Below, one piece after another: positions 23,557 through 35,300 of a stretch of 64,000 nt of DNA (positions within the stretch are counted from its first letter, which is position 1; each line of letters opens with the position of its first letter). The notes under the pieces were generated by a model, which saw only the letters and a program-made list of their open reading frames with translations, did no database searches and had not been told where the DNA came from. The position numbers and the translations under genes are program-made. Origin of the DNA: Vicugna vicugna (taxonomy: Eukaryota); the NCBI GenBank assembly GCA_013265495.1, contig MU057651.1, positions 744,001-808,000 of the forward strand, given 5' to 3'.

Positions 23557-24889
23557 CTGAGAGTGACACACAAATCTCTTCTGCTTAGATAAACACACAC
23601 TCAAGGCCATTGCTTTCTGGAAACCTTTCCAAAGTTAAGATTCTGTAGATTGCTAATTCTGGTTCAGTGGTTGGAATATGTATGCCATGCCTCGCCCTAT
23701 GGACAAGGCCCTATTGATCAGTTAACGGGAAAGATGCTTTCTAACAAGAACACAACACAATGATAAAGAGATTTTTAAATATGACGGCAGTATTCATTCA
23801 TCTAAATTCTAAAGAGCCCCACTAATCCCCAGCACTGGGTCTTTTATGATTTTTAGTTGCATAGGTGGGGGGCAGGTGAGAAATGAGAGCAAGAGACAGA
23901 AGGAGAAAACTCTGCTCTCAAGGGAAGTTATAAATAGAGGGGATCAAGACATCAACACAAATAGAAGTAACACAAGATATAACGAGGTAAGAAGCCAAAG
24001 GGAGATATAAATACAATCAATAATTGCTGTCATTTATTTAACACTCAGTTTACACGGAGCACTGTGTTGGGTGTTTCACATATGTTCTCATTTAATCTTC
24101 GTAACTCTACGGAATAGGTAGTATGATGACCCATGATGATAGCAGCTAGTATTTATTGAGTGCTTCATATCAGCCAGGCATCAGGTTAGGTGTTTAAAAA
24201 TATCTTATACAGTTTTATCTTCATTCTATAGATGAGGATAATTAGGCCCAGAAAGGATCTCTGACTTATCTAAGATCACAGAACTGGACAGGTACAGCTT
24301 TGATATTCAAACACAGGTTTGACTCTCAAGTCCAAGCTCTTAAAGTGTTCTGGAATTTCAGAGTAGGTGACTCCTACCTTGTTCTGGGAGGTGCATGTGT
24401 GCAGGGAGGAAGACCTCATGGAGGAGGAAAGGTGTGAAGATGAGAAAGCAGGGGACTATAGAGGGCCCAGCAAGTGGCCTCACTTGGCAGAGCTGAGAGT
24501 GTGTGATGGGGAAGAGTGGCTCAACGGCAAGGAAATTCTCCTCCTTTCTCTCACTCTTAATCACCTCACCTGTGCCAGCCAGAGGCTGAGCCTCCCATGG
24601 AGCCTGTCTACCACTCAAAACTTGATCTTGGGGTGCCTTGGTTCTTGGTTCTCCTAAGGTCCCTGGGAGCTCAAACCACTTTAACTTTACTTCAAGAGAG
24701 GACAAGGTTTAGATTTTCAAACTGAAAACAAGATGAGTAGGGAGTTGGCAGCCCCCTTCTTTAGTTCTTCTTTCTTTGGTAGAAGCAGACCTTGGCACTT
24801 TTAGAACACTGAAAACAAGATCCAAAAAGGACGAGGAATCCAGAAAAGCCAACAACCAGTACCCACCACAACACCTCAAGCCAGCAAAG

Positions 24890-25310
24890 AAAGTTCATTA
24901 TGCAACACTGCTTACAACAGCAAAAATTTGCCAATGATTTAAGTGTCCATCAATACAGGATTGGTGAGATAAGTTAGGAAACACACACAGAAAAGAACAC
25001 TACGTTGTCAAAAATTATGAGGTAAAACTGTATAATCTGACAAGATGTTTCCAAAAGCTTGTAAGTAAAAACAGGTCACACAACATTCTCTAGAGTATGA
25101 TTCAATTTAAATCACAGATATCACAGATCTGTGTTTATGAATGCACAAAACCATTGACCACAGTTATCTGGCAGGTTGTCAGCACAAAGAATTTCACTGG
25201 GACTTTCACTTTCTAATATACATACTTGTGTACGTTGTTGACCTTTATAACAAGCCAATATTACTTATATAATTGGGGGAAAAAAGTACAATAGTTTCTA
25301 TTTTACAAAA
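24890..25310 (+). mobile_element. Old L1 (L1ME-like) 3' fragment
   Basis: 'ttcattatgcaacactgcttacaacagcaaaaattt...aagtgtccatcaatacaggattgg'. Confidence 0.6.
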
Positions 25311-25499
25311 CAAAAGGCGCCATCTTAGAACATCCTCCATCCATTTTGTCTTTTGTAACCACAACGTATCTTGGATTCAACAGTACATCTGAAATTGTCT
25401 CCTATAACTTTCTCATGAATGAACTAAGTTAATGCAGGAACATATTAACCAAATTACAGCACAAGTCAAATAGATTGGCAATTGATCAAAGAATTTTAC

Positions 25500-26420
25500 A
25501 CAAAGCAATAGATGGCAATCAGTAAAAAAGTCACCAGAGAAAGGCCACAGGGCTATTCCACTTTTATTAATAATTTAAAAGACACAGAAAATGTACTTAC
25601 CACGTCTGAAAATGACCCAACGTTGGCAGGGATATCAAATATGTTGAAGAACAAAATTGAGATTGAAAACGAGCTCAGATGGGCTGGAATACTGGGCTAA
25701 AATTAAAAAAAAACATACAGTGAAATTTGTAAGATAAAGAAAAAAATCCTCAGTTAAAAATTTAAAAGTCTATTTTTGCGAGGCCAGAGTAAGGGAGGCA
25801 TGGCCCAGCAGCAGCTCACATAAAAACGAACAATCCAAAAAATATCTAGGGGGTTGAGTTGACCCATAGCGTAATTTGAACAAACAGTTTAATGTAGCTA
25901 AATTATTTAGCTGCTAAAAAGGAAGCAGAATTTTAGATTGGATTAATCAAAGTATGGTTTCTAGATCCCAAAATATAACTGTCACACTGAAATCTCTGCT
26001 GTTTCCTCCTGGAGTCTCCTGTTCCAGTCTATACACCATCTTTTAAGAAGGTCATGGAGAAAGTGGAACACCTCCAGAGGAGGGTCACAAGATTGACAAA
26101 GGGGTTGGAAACCATCCCATACGAGGAGTGACTCTTGAAGAGACCAGAGACACGGAGCCTAGAAAGGAGAAACATCCAGGGAGATATAGGCTACTCACCT
26201 GCTTTCAAATCTCAAAAGTGTTTTCCTATGAAAAGTAGGCACTTATTCTGGATTGCTCAGGTAACCGAACTAGGATTACTGCCACCCAGTGGTAGCAAGG
26301 AGGCAGATTTTCAGTAAACCTGTCAAAAGGCTTTCTGACCTTGAGAGGGTCCTGCAAGAGGCTGAGCAGACTGGCGTGGCAGGGAGTGTTCTTTTAAACT
26401 AAGGCTGGATGAACAGATGC
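25500..26420 (+). mobile_element. L3/CR1 LINE remnant (RT C-terminal region and 3' end)
   Basis: Colinear with the CR1/L3 consensus: 'ccacagggct', 'caccatcttttaagaaggtcatggagaaagtggaacacctccagaggagggtcacaag', 'ggaaaccatcccatacgaggag', 'ggaggcagattt', 'aggctggatgaaca'. Confidence 0.8.
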
Positions 26421-27204
26421 CCAGTGGCAGAATCACAGTAACCGGCTCTAAGAGATTACGTCTTTCTCCTATTCTCCGTATCCTCCTCTGGACCAATGAG
26501 CCTTCTCTCTGTAGTCTACAGAGTGCTGAGGACAGCTGGGCAAGAACTTGAGGCAGCCCCCTTTTGATTATTGTTGTCCAAGGCCTATGGGGGCAAACCC
26601 AGTGCTGACAGTAGAGCCAAATGGCTGATGTAAGTCAGATCATGCCCCTTCCTAGACAAGATCTTCCAGTGGCTTTCCACAGAGAACCCCCAAGAGATAT
26701 AGGCTACTCACCTGCTTTCAAATCTCAAAAGTGTTTTCCTATGAAAAGTAGGCACTTATTCTGGGTTGCTCAGGTAACCGAACTAGGATTACTGCCACCC
26801 AGTGGTAGCAAGGAGGCAGATTTTCAGTAAACCTGTCAAAAGGCTTTCTGACCTTGAGAGGGTCCTGCAAGAGGCTGAGCAGACTGGCGTGGCAGGGAGT
26901 GTTCTTTTAAACTAAGGCTGGATGAACAGATGCCCAGTGGCAGAATCACAGTAACCGGCTCTAAGAGATTACGTCTTTCTCCTATTCTCCGTATCCTCCT
27001 CTGGACCAATGAGCCTTCTCTCTGTAGTCTACAGAGTGCTGAGGACAGCTGGGCAAGAACTTGAGGCAGCCCCCTTTTGATTATTGTTGTCCAAGGCCTA
27101 TGGGGGCAAACCCAGTGCTGACAGTAGAGCCAAATGGCTGATGTAAGTCAGATCATGCCCCTTCCTAGACAAGATCTTCCAGTGGCTTTCCACAGAGAAC
27201 CCCC
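26181..27204 (+). repeat. Tandem duplication: 511-bp unit x2 (26181-26691, 26694-27204) joined by AA
   Basis: Base-by-base reading shows identity except A26252 vs G26765; period 513. Confidence 0.97.
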
Positions 27205-27644
27205 TTACTCCTTACCATTTCAGAACTCTTTACCCCCTCATCTTAAGATTTTCCGCCTTAATACTTAATATCATGCAATATAATATTTCATACTTTTATT
27301 TTGATTTCCTGCTCCCTCTGTTGGGCTATAAGTACCTTAAATGCAGGGATCATGCATGTCCTGTTTCCAGTTGAATCTCAGCCCCTGGAACATTGGTAAC
27401 ACATAGTAGGTGCCCAGTAAATGTTTAATGAAATGACTGCTGCATCCCAAATACCTGCCATTTTCCACAGTCTTGATTTTCTCAACAGAAGACATTTCAG
27501 ATTTAAGAACCAGATCTCAAAATAATAACAATCACTTGGATCTCAGTAGTAAGATTTGAGGTGATTTTCTTTCCGTTCTCAATTTCCCCAATTTTTTGTT
27601 ATGCAGCCATATTATATTAATGATTACCTGGCCATAAGGATGGT

Positions 27645-28030
27645 AGTAGCTAACATCTATTGAGTGATATCCGTGTGCCAGGCATTGTGATGCGCCCTCT
27701 AATTGGATTAACTCTTTTAATCCTCACAATAGTACTTTTCAGTTGGCACTAGTATTATTCCATTTTGAAGACCAGGAAACGGAGAAACAGGGAGGTGCTA
27801 TGACTTGCCCAAGGCAACGCAACTCTATCAGCAGGCTCTAAAGCTCATGCCTTTACACCCAGACATCAATGTAAGACGAACACTAATCATGATCATAATG
27901 ACAACTAACATTTCTTTAGTACTAAGCATGTATCAGGCACTGTGATAAATGTTTCAAACACATCACCTCCTTCAATGTGCAGGACAGCCCTATGAGGTGG
28001 GAAGTATTATTATGACCACTGTGCAGTCCG
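27645..28030 (-). mobile_element. Two MIR copies
   Basis: 'gctaacatctattgagtg...gtgccaggcattgtg...ttaatcctcacaa...gacttgcccaagg'. Confidence 0.8.
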
Positions 28031-29252
28031 GGGCCCGCCTGCAATGTAATCAACCGTGCCCACTGCCCAGCTTGGACTCTGCTTTGGTGTCCTGAGAAGC
28101 ATGCTTTGTTTGATCTTCTTTTTCTGAGTTCCAGCCACGTGGAGAAGCAATCATCTGCCAGTCACGACTTGAACCCTCCTTACCTGTGTTGTTGTCCCTT
28201 TCTAGAATGTCCTTCTTTCCTCTGTCAACACAGTCCTACAATTTTTTTTCAGACACAGCTCAAATGCAACTCCCTCCAGGAATCCTTCAGTGATCAGCCC
28301 TTTCCACCACCATCTCCTGTATGACACAGTCTATACATTTCATCCTGCCTGGTCATCTCTGGCTTTCAGTGCTGGCTCTCTTCCCACTCATGTATGTCCC
28401 TTTTTGTCAGCTAGACTATAGCTCATGGAGGCAGCTAGGTCTTGAGGTCCTTGGCATGCCCAGAATAAATGGTCTGTTAACTTGCACACAGTAGATGCTC
28501 AATAATTATTTTGCTGATTTCTTAATGATATTATACCCTCATAGTTGTAAAATGTTCTCTTTTCAAATAACTCTCACACATATGATCTCACTTTTGTCTC
28601 GTAGCAGCCCTAAGATCTAGGAAAGGCAGATCTTATTTTTCTCATTTTCACAGTTAAGTAAATTGATGGCCAGGGAGGTTCAGTAAGTTGTCTCAGGTCA
28701 CACATCTGAGAATTCAGCCCAGCCCTCCGGACTTGAAGCCCCAGATTCTTGACCCTAGACCACGCCGATTCTACTGGAAGATACCGCTGGCTGGAAGCAA
28801 TGCTAATAACATTCCTCTAAAGACCTCATCTTGATTCTATCACTGGAGCAAAAGCAATAAAGAGCGCCAAGAGGCAATATCCACAGTGGAGATTGGGAAG
28901 GCAGGTAAATTCATACACTCGGAGGTGAGAAGTGCCTGGGGCTTATCCGATATGGGTAGTGATGACTGTGTTATATTCTCTGTGAGGGGGGCACTCGGGA
29001 CTGAACTGAATGCTGTCCTCTATACAGGGCAGAGCAGCTCAACTCTCAGCAGAAGAGAGGCAGCCCAGCAGGCAGCACAGGGTGAATGTGAGAGCACTTG
29101 GAAGCAGGAAAGCTGGGTTCAAGATCCAATTCTGCTACAAGCTAGCTGTGTGACCACAGGGAAAGTACCTAACCTCTCTGGGGCTGTACTTCCTCACTAG
29201 AAGACATCAATTGACAAGGCCTCTTGCAGCCCCAATGTTCCACAAATCTCTG

Positions 29253-29725
29253 ACAGAGGTGATCCACAGACCAAATCTGGGCCATGAACATATTTTCTTT
29301 GGCCCAAATAGTACTTAAATTTTTTTTTGATCTGGTAAGCAACACTTAAAAATCTGAAGATTTTACATAAACATTCAGATTTCCAAGCTCTCTAGAAAAA
29401 TCAGAAGATCAAGTAACAATTAAAAATTGGAAGACACCACGTAAGAATTGATTTACAATCTTTCTAGAAAAAAAAGATCTGGACACATGGGGTTAGTTTT
29501 GTCATCTGTTTATTACTTACAATATAGTATGTTAGGTTTTGATAAGCACCACAGGGGAAAAATAAAGGAAATAGGGAGTTTTGAAACAGTAGGGGTAGGG
29601 GATCCTGCAAGGCCTACAGTTTATAGAAGATGGTCTGAGAAAGCCTTGCTGCCAAGATGAGCTATTCCCAGGACCACAATGGGCTGGAGTCCAGGAGTGG
29701 CTGCTGCCTTTAGATGGGGCACGTG
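29253..29725. mobile_element. MER102-like hAT element (with internal partial duplication and interruption)
   Basis: 'caacacttaaaaatctgaagattttacataaacattcagatttcc...aaaaatcagaagatc' and 'ggctggagtccaggagtggctgctgcctttagatggggca'. Confidence 0.65.
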
Positions 29726-29754
29726 GGAGAAAGGTTTAGGGCTGCTAATACCCT

Positions 29755-30312
29755 CAGGTTATCATATGATCCAGCAACCTCACTCCTGGGCATATATCCA
29801 GAGGGAACTCTAATTTGAATGGATACATGCACCCCAATGTTCCTAGCAGCACTATATATAATAGCTAAGACATGGAAGCAACCTAAATGCCCATTGACAG
29901 AGGACTGGATAAAAAAGATGCAGTATATATATATATATATATAAAGAGAAAGAAGAAAACCATACGATATCACTTCTATGTGGAATCTAAAAAAAATGGT
30001 AAAAATGAACTTCTTTACAAAACAGAAACAGACTCACAGACATAGAAAACAAACTATGGTTACCAAAGGGGATTAGGGGGATAAGTTAGGAGTTTGGGAT
30101 TAGCAGATACAAACTACAATACATAAAATAGATAAAGAACAAGGTCCTACTGTATAGAACAGGGAACTATATGCAATGTCTTGTAATAACCTATAATGAA
30201 AAAGAATATGAAAAAGAAAAAGTATATATATAACTTAATCACTATGCTGTGCACCAGAAACGAACACAACATTGTAAATCGACAAATCAACTATACTTCA
30301 ATAAAAAAAAAT
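29755..30312 (+). mobile_element. 5'-truncated artiodactyl-type L1 3' end
   Basis: 'catatgatccagcaacctcactcctgggcatatatccagag...gactcacagacatagaaaacaaact...caactatacttcaataaaaaaaa'; ~110-bp deletion after the (TA)n tract relative to the copy at 46150. Confidence 0.9.
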
Positions 30313-30772
30313 ACCATGTGGGGAGTAAGACTCTGACGTTGGTTGATATAAACTGAAACAGAGTTTTAAGTTTATTATTTGATTTCACAGAGTCAACAAA
30401 AGAGTTTCAAGTGGTAAAATAAGTATCAGAATCTGAGAGGAGAGGAATGAACTGTGGATACAAAGCGCTCACTAACCAAGTGCAACTAAACACCCCAATC
30501 CACCCCGATGCATTTTCTGTCTAACGGGGGTCAGTGCAATTAGCCTGATACCTGTAGCGATACCCCAACCTTGCCCGTAACATCTCAGACCAGGGCCATT
30601 ACACGATATTAGAACTCATTATAATTAGAGAACAACCAAGCATAGCATGGGAGAGGTGGGGAGAGGAGAAATGGCTCCTACTCCATTCTCTTTAGGCCAT
30701 TTTTGTCTGGGTTGGGACTTGACAGGTGATTTCTCTGGATACTAGTGTTTCCAAGTGGAAGATAGTATCCTC

Positions 30773-31023
30773 TAGTGTATTTCCAACATTTTGGACCATG
30801 ATCTACAGTAAGGAACACATCACATTTAACATTCTTATAGCATGTATTATTGAGTTATATATATGTTGAGTATACAACAAATATGACATGAAACAATAGT
30901 TATCCTGTGTATAGTGTACACTGCTATTTCCTAGTCCATTCCTTTTTGTTTTTTAATCCTTATCACTACCCACTAAATTGATTTTCTGAGCTGGGTAATT
31001 AATTGGCAGCTTGAAAAACACTG
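30773..31023. mobile_element. Charlie4-like hAT element, followed by a MER5-like element (~31030-31205)
   Basis: 'acagtaaggaacacat...acccactaaattgatttt...cagcttgaaaaacactg'. Confidence 0.55.
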
Positions 31024-32461
31024 CTCTAGACCAATGGTTCCCAAATTTGGCCCCACCTCAGAATCCCTTGGAGTCCTTGTTAAATACATATTCTTGTGCT
31101 CCATTCCAAATCTACCTATGGAATCAGAATTTCTTCAGGGTGAGGCCCAGGAATCTATATTTTTTACTAAGGACTAGCTATGCCCTGGCATTAAGGAATC
31201 ACACTTCTCTTCAGGACACAGAAGGAAATAATATCAGTAACAGTCATGATTATCAAATGCCTACTTCACACCAGTGCAGCCCTCATAAGAGCTTTCCACT
31301 CATTGTGTCTCACTTAAATCCTAACAACCCCACTTTATAGATGAGGAAACTGAGGTTCCAATAGCTTCCAAAAGGCACAGACAGGTTTAGGAAGTGGTGG
31401 GGCTGTGATTGACGAGGGCTCTGTTTCTACCTTTACTAACCCTTCCCACCTTCTCCCCTCTGTAGTTCCAGAGACCTTGGATCTGTTCTAGAATATTCTA
31501 TACCAATTCAAATTCCAGCTCAGGCACCAAGATGGTTCAACCACCAGAGGCAAGGGGCGGGCATAAAACAACAACGGTAATACTTTGCAATTATGTTGAG
31601 TTTCCCTGTTTCCAAAACACACTGTGTGTATGTTTTCTCCACATTTATGCCTTTCAGATATCCTGTGAGGCAGAAGAGGCAGGTAAAAAAATGAGACCTG
31701 AAGAAAGGAAGTGACTTACCCAAAGTCTCACAGCAAGTTCATCACCAAGCTTTGACTTTCCCAGACAAGGTCTATTCCTACACTTGGGCTGGTGTTCTCC
31801 AGAGTTCCCAGCTCCACCTCATTTCAAGTCTATCTCCCTTTAAGGCAAAAGAGGAAGAAGAGCTGGAACTTTCTGCCTCCCTCCCTACAGGATTTACCAT
31901 CAATTTCTGAAATGAGCACACTCTGTATATACACTGCCTGAGGGACAGGTTGCCCCAAACCTCCTCCACGGGGCTGTACCAAGGACTGGCTGCGTTTCTA
32001 TTTTTGTCGCGCAATTTGTACAGAAGCTCTGCACTGTGCTTCAAAGGAAAATAATGGATTCCATGATGAAAGAGAAAGGCCACCATCCCTCCTACAGAGG
32101 GTTAAATGCCACCAGCCCCTAGCAAAAGCAATGTTTGGAAGACTCTGCCGAACAAAACGTTGTGAGCCCACGGAAAACCTCAGTGGTGAACTGGACCAAT
32201 CTCTGCGATGTCAGAAAGGGGCTGGAAGGATGAATGACCCCCATTTAGCCTCCTTGGCTGAGGCTCTCCCTCTGTTGAGAACATACCCTCTGTTTCTGCC
32301 TCAGAAGGAGGTGTTGTTTGCAATGTGTATATATTTATGTGGCAAATGACTAGCTATTTATCAAACACTGTATCGATTCTAACATTTTTCTTCACCCTTT
32401 CCCCTTCACAATGCAGGTTGTTCTGTCTCTCTCCTTAACAGCTCCCGAGGATAATCTAATA

Positions 32462-32464
<3 letters not shown>

Positions 32465-32502
<38 letters not shown>
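32465..32502. repeat. (CA)n microsatellite
   Basis: Read directly from the sequence. Confidence 0.95.
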
Positions 32503-32504
<2 letters not shown>

Positions 32505-33340
32505 GGTGAAAATCAAAGCAAGCCATCTTTCTCTTGGCCTTAGTCTTCCCATCTATAAAGTACATGGATTGAACTAAATGGTCTGTTAGGCCCTTTCTCT
32601 GGCTCTAGGATTCTACTAAATGTGTGAGGAAAGCCCTATGTATAAGCCCACAAGATTGTGATTCAGCCTCTGATCAGGAAGGGGCAAACTGACTGCAAAT
32701 TGTGTTTTCAACACTCATCTTTGGTTAAAGAGGGGTTTAAAAAGTGAGAGAAAGGAAAAAGAAACATTTCTATTATGCCTCTGAGCATGCTAACATCCTA
32801 AAGGTGAGGATTATTCTGCTTTTTCTCTCTCTTGCTTTATTTTGTATTCTCTTTATGTGGTAGTCAGGGCTGCAAAGCCTGCCTAGTCAGTTGCCTCTTC
32901 CCCGCGCATCAATTTCTCATCCCATGTGAAGGTGCCGTGTGCAATCCAGCCATGTAATAGCTGAGGTTTCAGCCCTGGAGGGCTTCAACCTAATGCCATT
33001 CTCACCTCAGTGGAAGCGCTCCACTTGATGTCAGAAAAATTGGAAGGTGTTAAATTTGCTTTGTGACTGCAACTTCCTCTTAGTTTGGGGAGGCTGGCTG
33101 AGGATTTGATGGCTTTGTAGATTTCACTATCAAGGAAGTATAAAGTATCTCAGCTTTTAAATTTATATTGTCAATCACCAAAGTTGCTCCTTCCCCTTGG
33201 GAACACTAACTAGATCTGCAGTTGCTGCTGCTGCTTGCCAACACAGCATGTGCCCCTCTCCTACCTGCTTCCAGGGGCTGGGTTCAAGACAATGAGATTG
33301 CATTGGGGAACCACTCTCAGGGCATTTCGAAAAAGAAACC

Positions 33341-33506
33341 GGGGCGGGAGGGTGGGTGCGCGGTGGTAATAGCTCAGTGGTAGAGCACATGCACGAGGTC
33401 CTGGGTTCAATCCCCAGTACCTCTGTTTTTAAAAATACATAAAAGAAATGAATAAATAAATGTAATTACCTATTCCCACCAAAAAAAAAAAAAAGAAAGA
33501 AAAAGA
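33341..33506 (+). mobile_element. vic-1-type tRNA-Ala SINE with G-rich 5' extension and internal deletion
   Basis: A and B boxes intact; TSD aaaaagaaacc (33330-33340 / 33507-33517); poly(A) tail. Confidence 0.9.
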
Positions 33507-33904
33507 AAAAAGAAACCAGAGGAAATGAGAGTATTCTCACTCTTCCACAGTATATAGCCCAGAGATGTAGTTCAAACTGCCTGCATTTGAATCAAGTTAC
33601 TGAATCTCCTGGGTCTCGGTTTGCTCATCGTCAAATGAGAATAATACTAGCCTATACACCTCATAAGGTTATTGTGGAGAGGAAAGGAGTAAAGCGCCTA
33701 AAGTGATGCCCACTGCATGCTAATACCTCAGTAACTGCTGGTTATGCTGACTATAATTCCTCCCCGCCAAACCGGTCTTTCCGCTTTCTGATGTTCAAAC
33801 AGCCTGCATTTTCTGGCCATCTCCTTTCACCAGAGGATCTGAAAGCACACTAGTGATGGGGCTGAGCTAAGGTTCATCTTAGAGCCATTTGGGTGGGTCA
33901 AAAT

Positions 33905-34726
33905 TGCCCATTTTCCTGTTCATTTATTTATTCACTCAGCAAGTATTTATTGACCACCTGTTACACAGCAGGCATGGTACTAGATGATGACCTAGAAGTG
34001 AACAAGATAGACTCCTTGCTTAATAGAGTTAATGCTCTAGAAAGAGGCGGGGAAGACGTGGTACAAAGACAAATGCAATGACTGAGACAGGGATGAGCTT
34101 GCAGGCTCCAGGGACCTGAAGTCAGTATGGCTGGGGTTGAGGGGGGCTGTGGGAGAGGGTGCTATGAGATGATGACGCAGAGGAAAGCAGGGGCTAGACC
34201 ATTCAAGCCTTCTAAGCCAGGTAAGGAATTTTGTCTTCATCCTAAGAACATCGGGAAATAAATAAAAGGTTTGCAGTAAAGGATCAATATATTCAGATGC
34301 TTGGTAAAGTTCTTGTTGATCGTTCTGCGGCGTACAGATTGTTGAGGGGCAGGGCTGTCACTATCTGATACCGTGTTTTTGTGTGGATTCCAAAAAAGAC
34401 ACCCCTTATTCAAGTTAAAAAAATAATTGGGCTACAGCCTAGTCGACCTTAAGTCCTGCCCAAGGGAGTTGACCAGTGTCCTGGCAGGCAGCAGCCTCAC
34501 CTGTGTGCGCCCACATTCCTCTTATTTATGCATTTCTTGTCACTGGAAAAATAGACCATCAACAGCACTTTGCACTTGACTGTTCCACCACCTTCTCCCA
34601 GATGAGGCAACTGTGGGTGGGGGGGAGGGACTTTAGAAAGTGAGAGCAACAGGTGGTGAGTGAGAGAAGTGAACTCAGGGGACTTCCAGGACTTGGACAG
34701 GACAAAGCCCACTTATGTGTGCCACT

Positions 34727-34767
<41 letters not shown>

Positions 34768-35300
34768 CTTGAGTCTGTACAAGACCATGTGTACTGTTAG
34801 GGGTTTATGTAGGAGCAGGCTCTCTTCCTCTGCTCTCAGACTTGAAGCCAAGAAGCACAGAATGTCTGCACCCATCTGTACCCTCTTATATAAGTTAGTA
34901 TGTGTCTATGATAAAAATGGCACAGCCAGAGTTATGGTGCCCTTGTGTAGTATGCAACCTGAACATCCATACATGACAGCCCTTGGCAGCAAGAGTGGAA
35001 GCAAGTAGACTGGTGAGGAGGCTGCTGGAGTGGACCGGAAGAGAGATGATGGTGGCTCACACGAGGTACTAAACTAGCTGAGGAGGCAGTGAGAAGTGAC
35101 CAAATTCAGCATCTATTTTGATGGTAGGGCAGCAGGACTTGCTGATGGCTAGGATGTGGTACATAAAGGGAACAAGAGGAATTCAGGATCATGACTAGGA
35201 GCTTGACTTAAGCAACTAGGTAAATGTAGTGCCATTTACTATGTGGGACTGACAGGAAGAGGAGCATTGTAGGAGAAAAATCACAAGTCCTGCTTTGGGC
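33905..35300 (-). mobile_element. L2 fragment, interrupted at 34350-34984
   Basis: 'cattttatttattcactcagcaagtatttattgaccacct'-type L2 tail; 'gcaagagtggaagcaagtagactggtgaggaggctg' resumes after the insert. Confidence 0.75.
34350..34984. mobile_element. Putative hAT-Tip100 (MER91-like ends) non-autonomous DNA transposon containing (GT)n at ~34728-34766
   Basis: Terminal inverted repeat cagggctgtca / tgacagccct; 3' end 'tgcaacctgaacatccatacatgacagccct' resembles MER91-family ends; L2 is continuous across it. Confidence 0.55.

Noticed and set aside
26507..26523. 8-bp-arm palindrome ctctgtag-t-ctacagag (and 7-bp stem at ~38043)
   Set aside because: Short enough to be expected by chance in 64 kb.
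26135..26830. Two ORFs sharing a C-terminus (paralogous mini-genes)
   Set aside because: A by-product of the tandem duplication of L3-derived sequence.
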